DNA of 64,000 bases from positions 38,679 through 102,678 of the IMG/VR virus record IMGVR_UViG_3300045995_000532. The stretch is one strand, 5' to 3'. The notes beneath the pieces were generated by a model. That model was not told the origin of the DNA, did not search any database, and worked only from the letters and a program-made list of their open reading frames with translations. This stretch comes from a virus. How positions within the stretch are numbered: the first letter of the stretch is position 1; each line of letters begins with the position of its first letter. The translations under genes and the position numbers were made by a program. Positions 63,425-64,000 of the stretch are shown one piece after another.

Positions 63425-64000
63425 TCAGAACGTGCCGGCGTTGAGCCGGACCTGAAGGGCGCTCGTGGTGATCGGACCCCACGAGCCGTCCTGGCTGACA
63501 CCCAGGTGACCCTGCAGGGCCTTGGTCGAGATGGGGCCGAAGATTCCGTCGATGACCCTGACTCCGAGACGACGCTGCAACGCGGCCTTGGTGATCGGCC
63601 CGAAGGACCCGTCAACGCCCACCCCGAGCACCCTCTGCAGGGCTTCACATGTGGCAGGACCGAAGGCCCCGTCCACCACAAGGCCCTGTGCGACGGGGGC
63701 CGCCACAGGAACCGGAGCCACAGGGGACGCACCGGCATACGCCGGACGACCGAAGCCCACGATGTACGCGAGGCGCCGCTTGCGGGCCACGAGGCCGCCG
63801 TTGACCTGGGAGGCGGAGAACGTCCCACCAGTGTTGCCCTCAATGGTGTTCAGCGAGCCATCGCTATTCACGGACTCGACGAGGCCAACGTGACCGATCC
63901 CCGAGCCGGAGAAGTTGTAGTAGACGACGTCACCGCGAACTGCGCCAGCCGGTCCGCCGTGCCACTGACCCCGAGCCTGGAACCATGCAGCTCCCGCCGG
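63425..64000 (-). CDS. Endolysin: CHAP domain plus peptidoglycan-binding repeats (5' part outside the window)
   Basis: GDVVYY...GHVGLVE...TIEGNT; 4x DG.(F/W)GP...(.)ALQ repeats. Confidence 0.92.
   Translation of the reverse strand, partial: PAGAAWFQARGQWHGGPAGAVRGDVVYYNFSGSGIGHVGLVESVNSDGSLNTIEGNTGGTFSASQVNGGLVARKRRLAYIVGFGRPAYAGASPVAPVPVAAPVAQGLVVDGAFGPATCEALQRVLGVGVDGSFGPITKAALQRRLGVRVIDGIFGPISTKALQGHLGVSQDGSWGPITTSALQVRLNAGTF

Larger units (their letters stand above)
1..64000. mobile_element. Tailed phage/prophage (siphovirus-like, probable actinobacterial host); extends beyond both window edges
   Basis: Canonical terminase-portal-protease-scaffold-capsid-tail-tape measure gene order, plus lysis and replication genes; no host housekeeping genes. 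Confidence 0.97.

Noticed and set aside
63415-63436. TCAGAACGTG as another 11-8-11 palindrome copy
   Set aside because: No matching partner arm; coincides with the endolysin's last codons

Overview
The whole window is part of a high-GC tailed phage or prophage genome with siphovirus-like gene organisation. The host is most likely in Actinomycetota, judging from a WhiB gene, the codon style and actinophage-type proteins. Almost all genes are on the minus strand. (i) 1-14.6 kb is a replication/recombination operon: Cas4-like exonuclease, Sak4-like ATPase, SSB, primase-helicase, two orphan DNA methyltransferases, RuvC-like resolvase, WhiB, MazG-like protein and an EndoVII-type endonuclease. (ii) 15.5-50 kb is the packaging, head and tail module: putative TerS, TerL with two class-3-type inteins, portal, protease, scaffold, capsid, head-tail proteins, major tail protein, a tail chaperone with a -1 frameshift, a 2573-aa tape measure protein and tail-tip genes. 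A MazEF-like toxin-antitoxin pair and one orphan gene sit antisense within it. (iii) 51.8-56 kb holds a divergent control region and a complete IS21 (4-bp target duplication) that splits a phage HTH gene. (iv) 56-64 kb holds fibre/collagen genes, holin and a CHAP endolysin, all upstream of the terminase. The most notable unexplained signals are a dispersed 30-bp 11-8-11 imperfect palindrome (CGACGTTCTGA-N8-TCAGRGCGYCG) with strand-specific G-T pairing, a GTCGAT putative -10-only late promoter placed 9-10 nt before several start codons, HTH-like repeats inside the tape measure protein, a duplicated tail-tip gene pair with a variable insert, and a CHP...CxxC repeat. No integrase, DNA polymerase, tRNA or CRISPR array was seen. 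All calls come from reading motifs by eye; no database searches were run.
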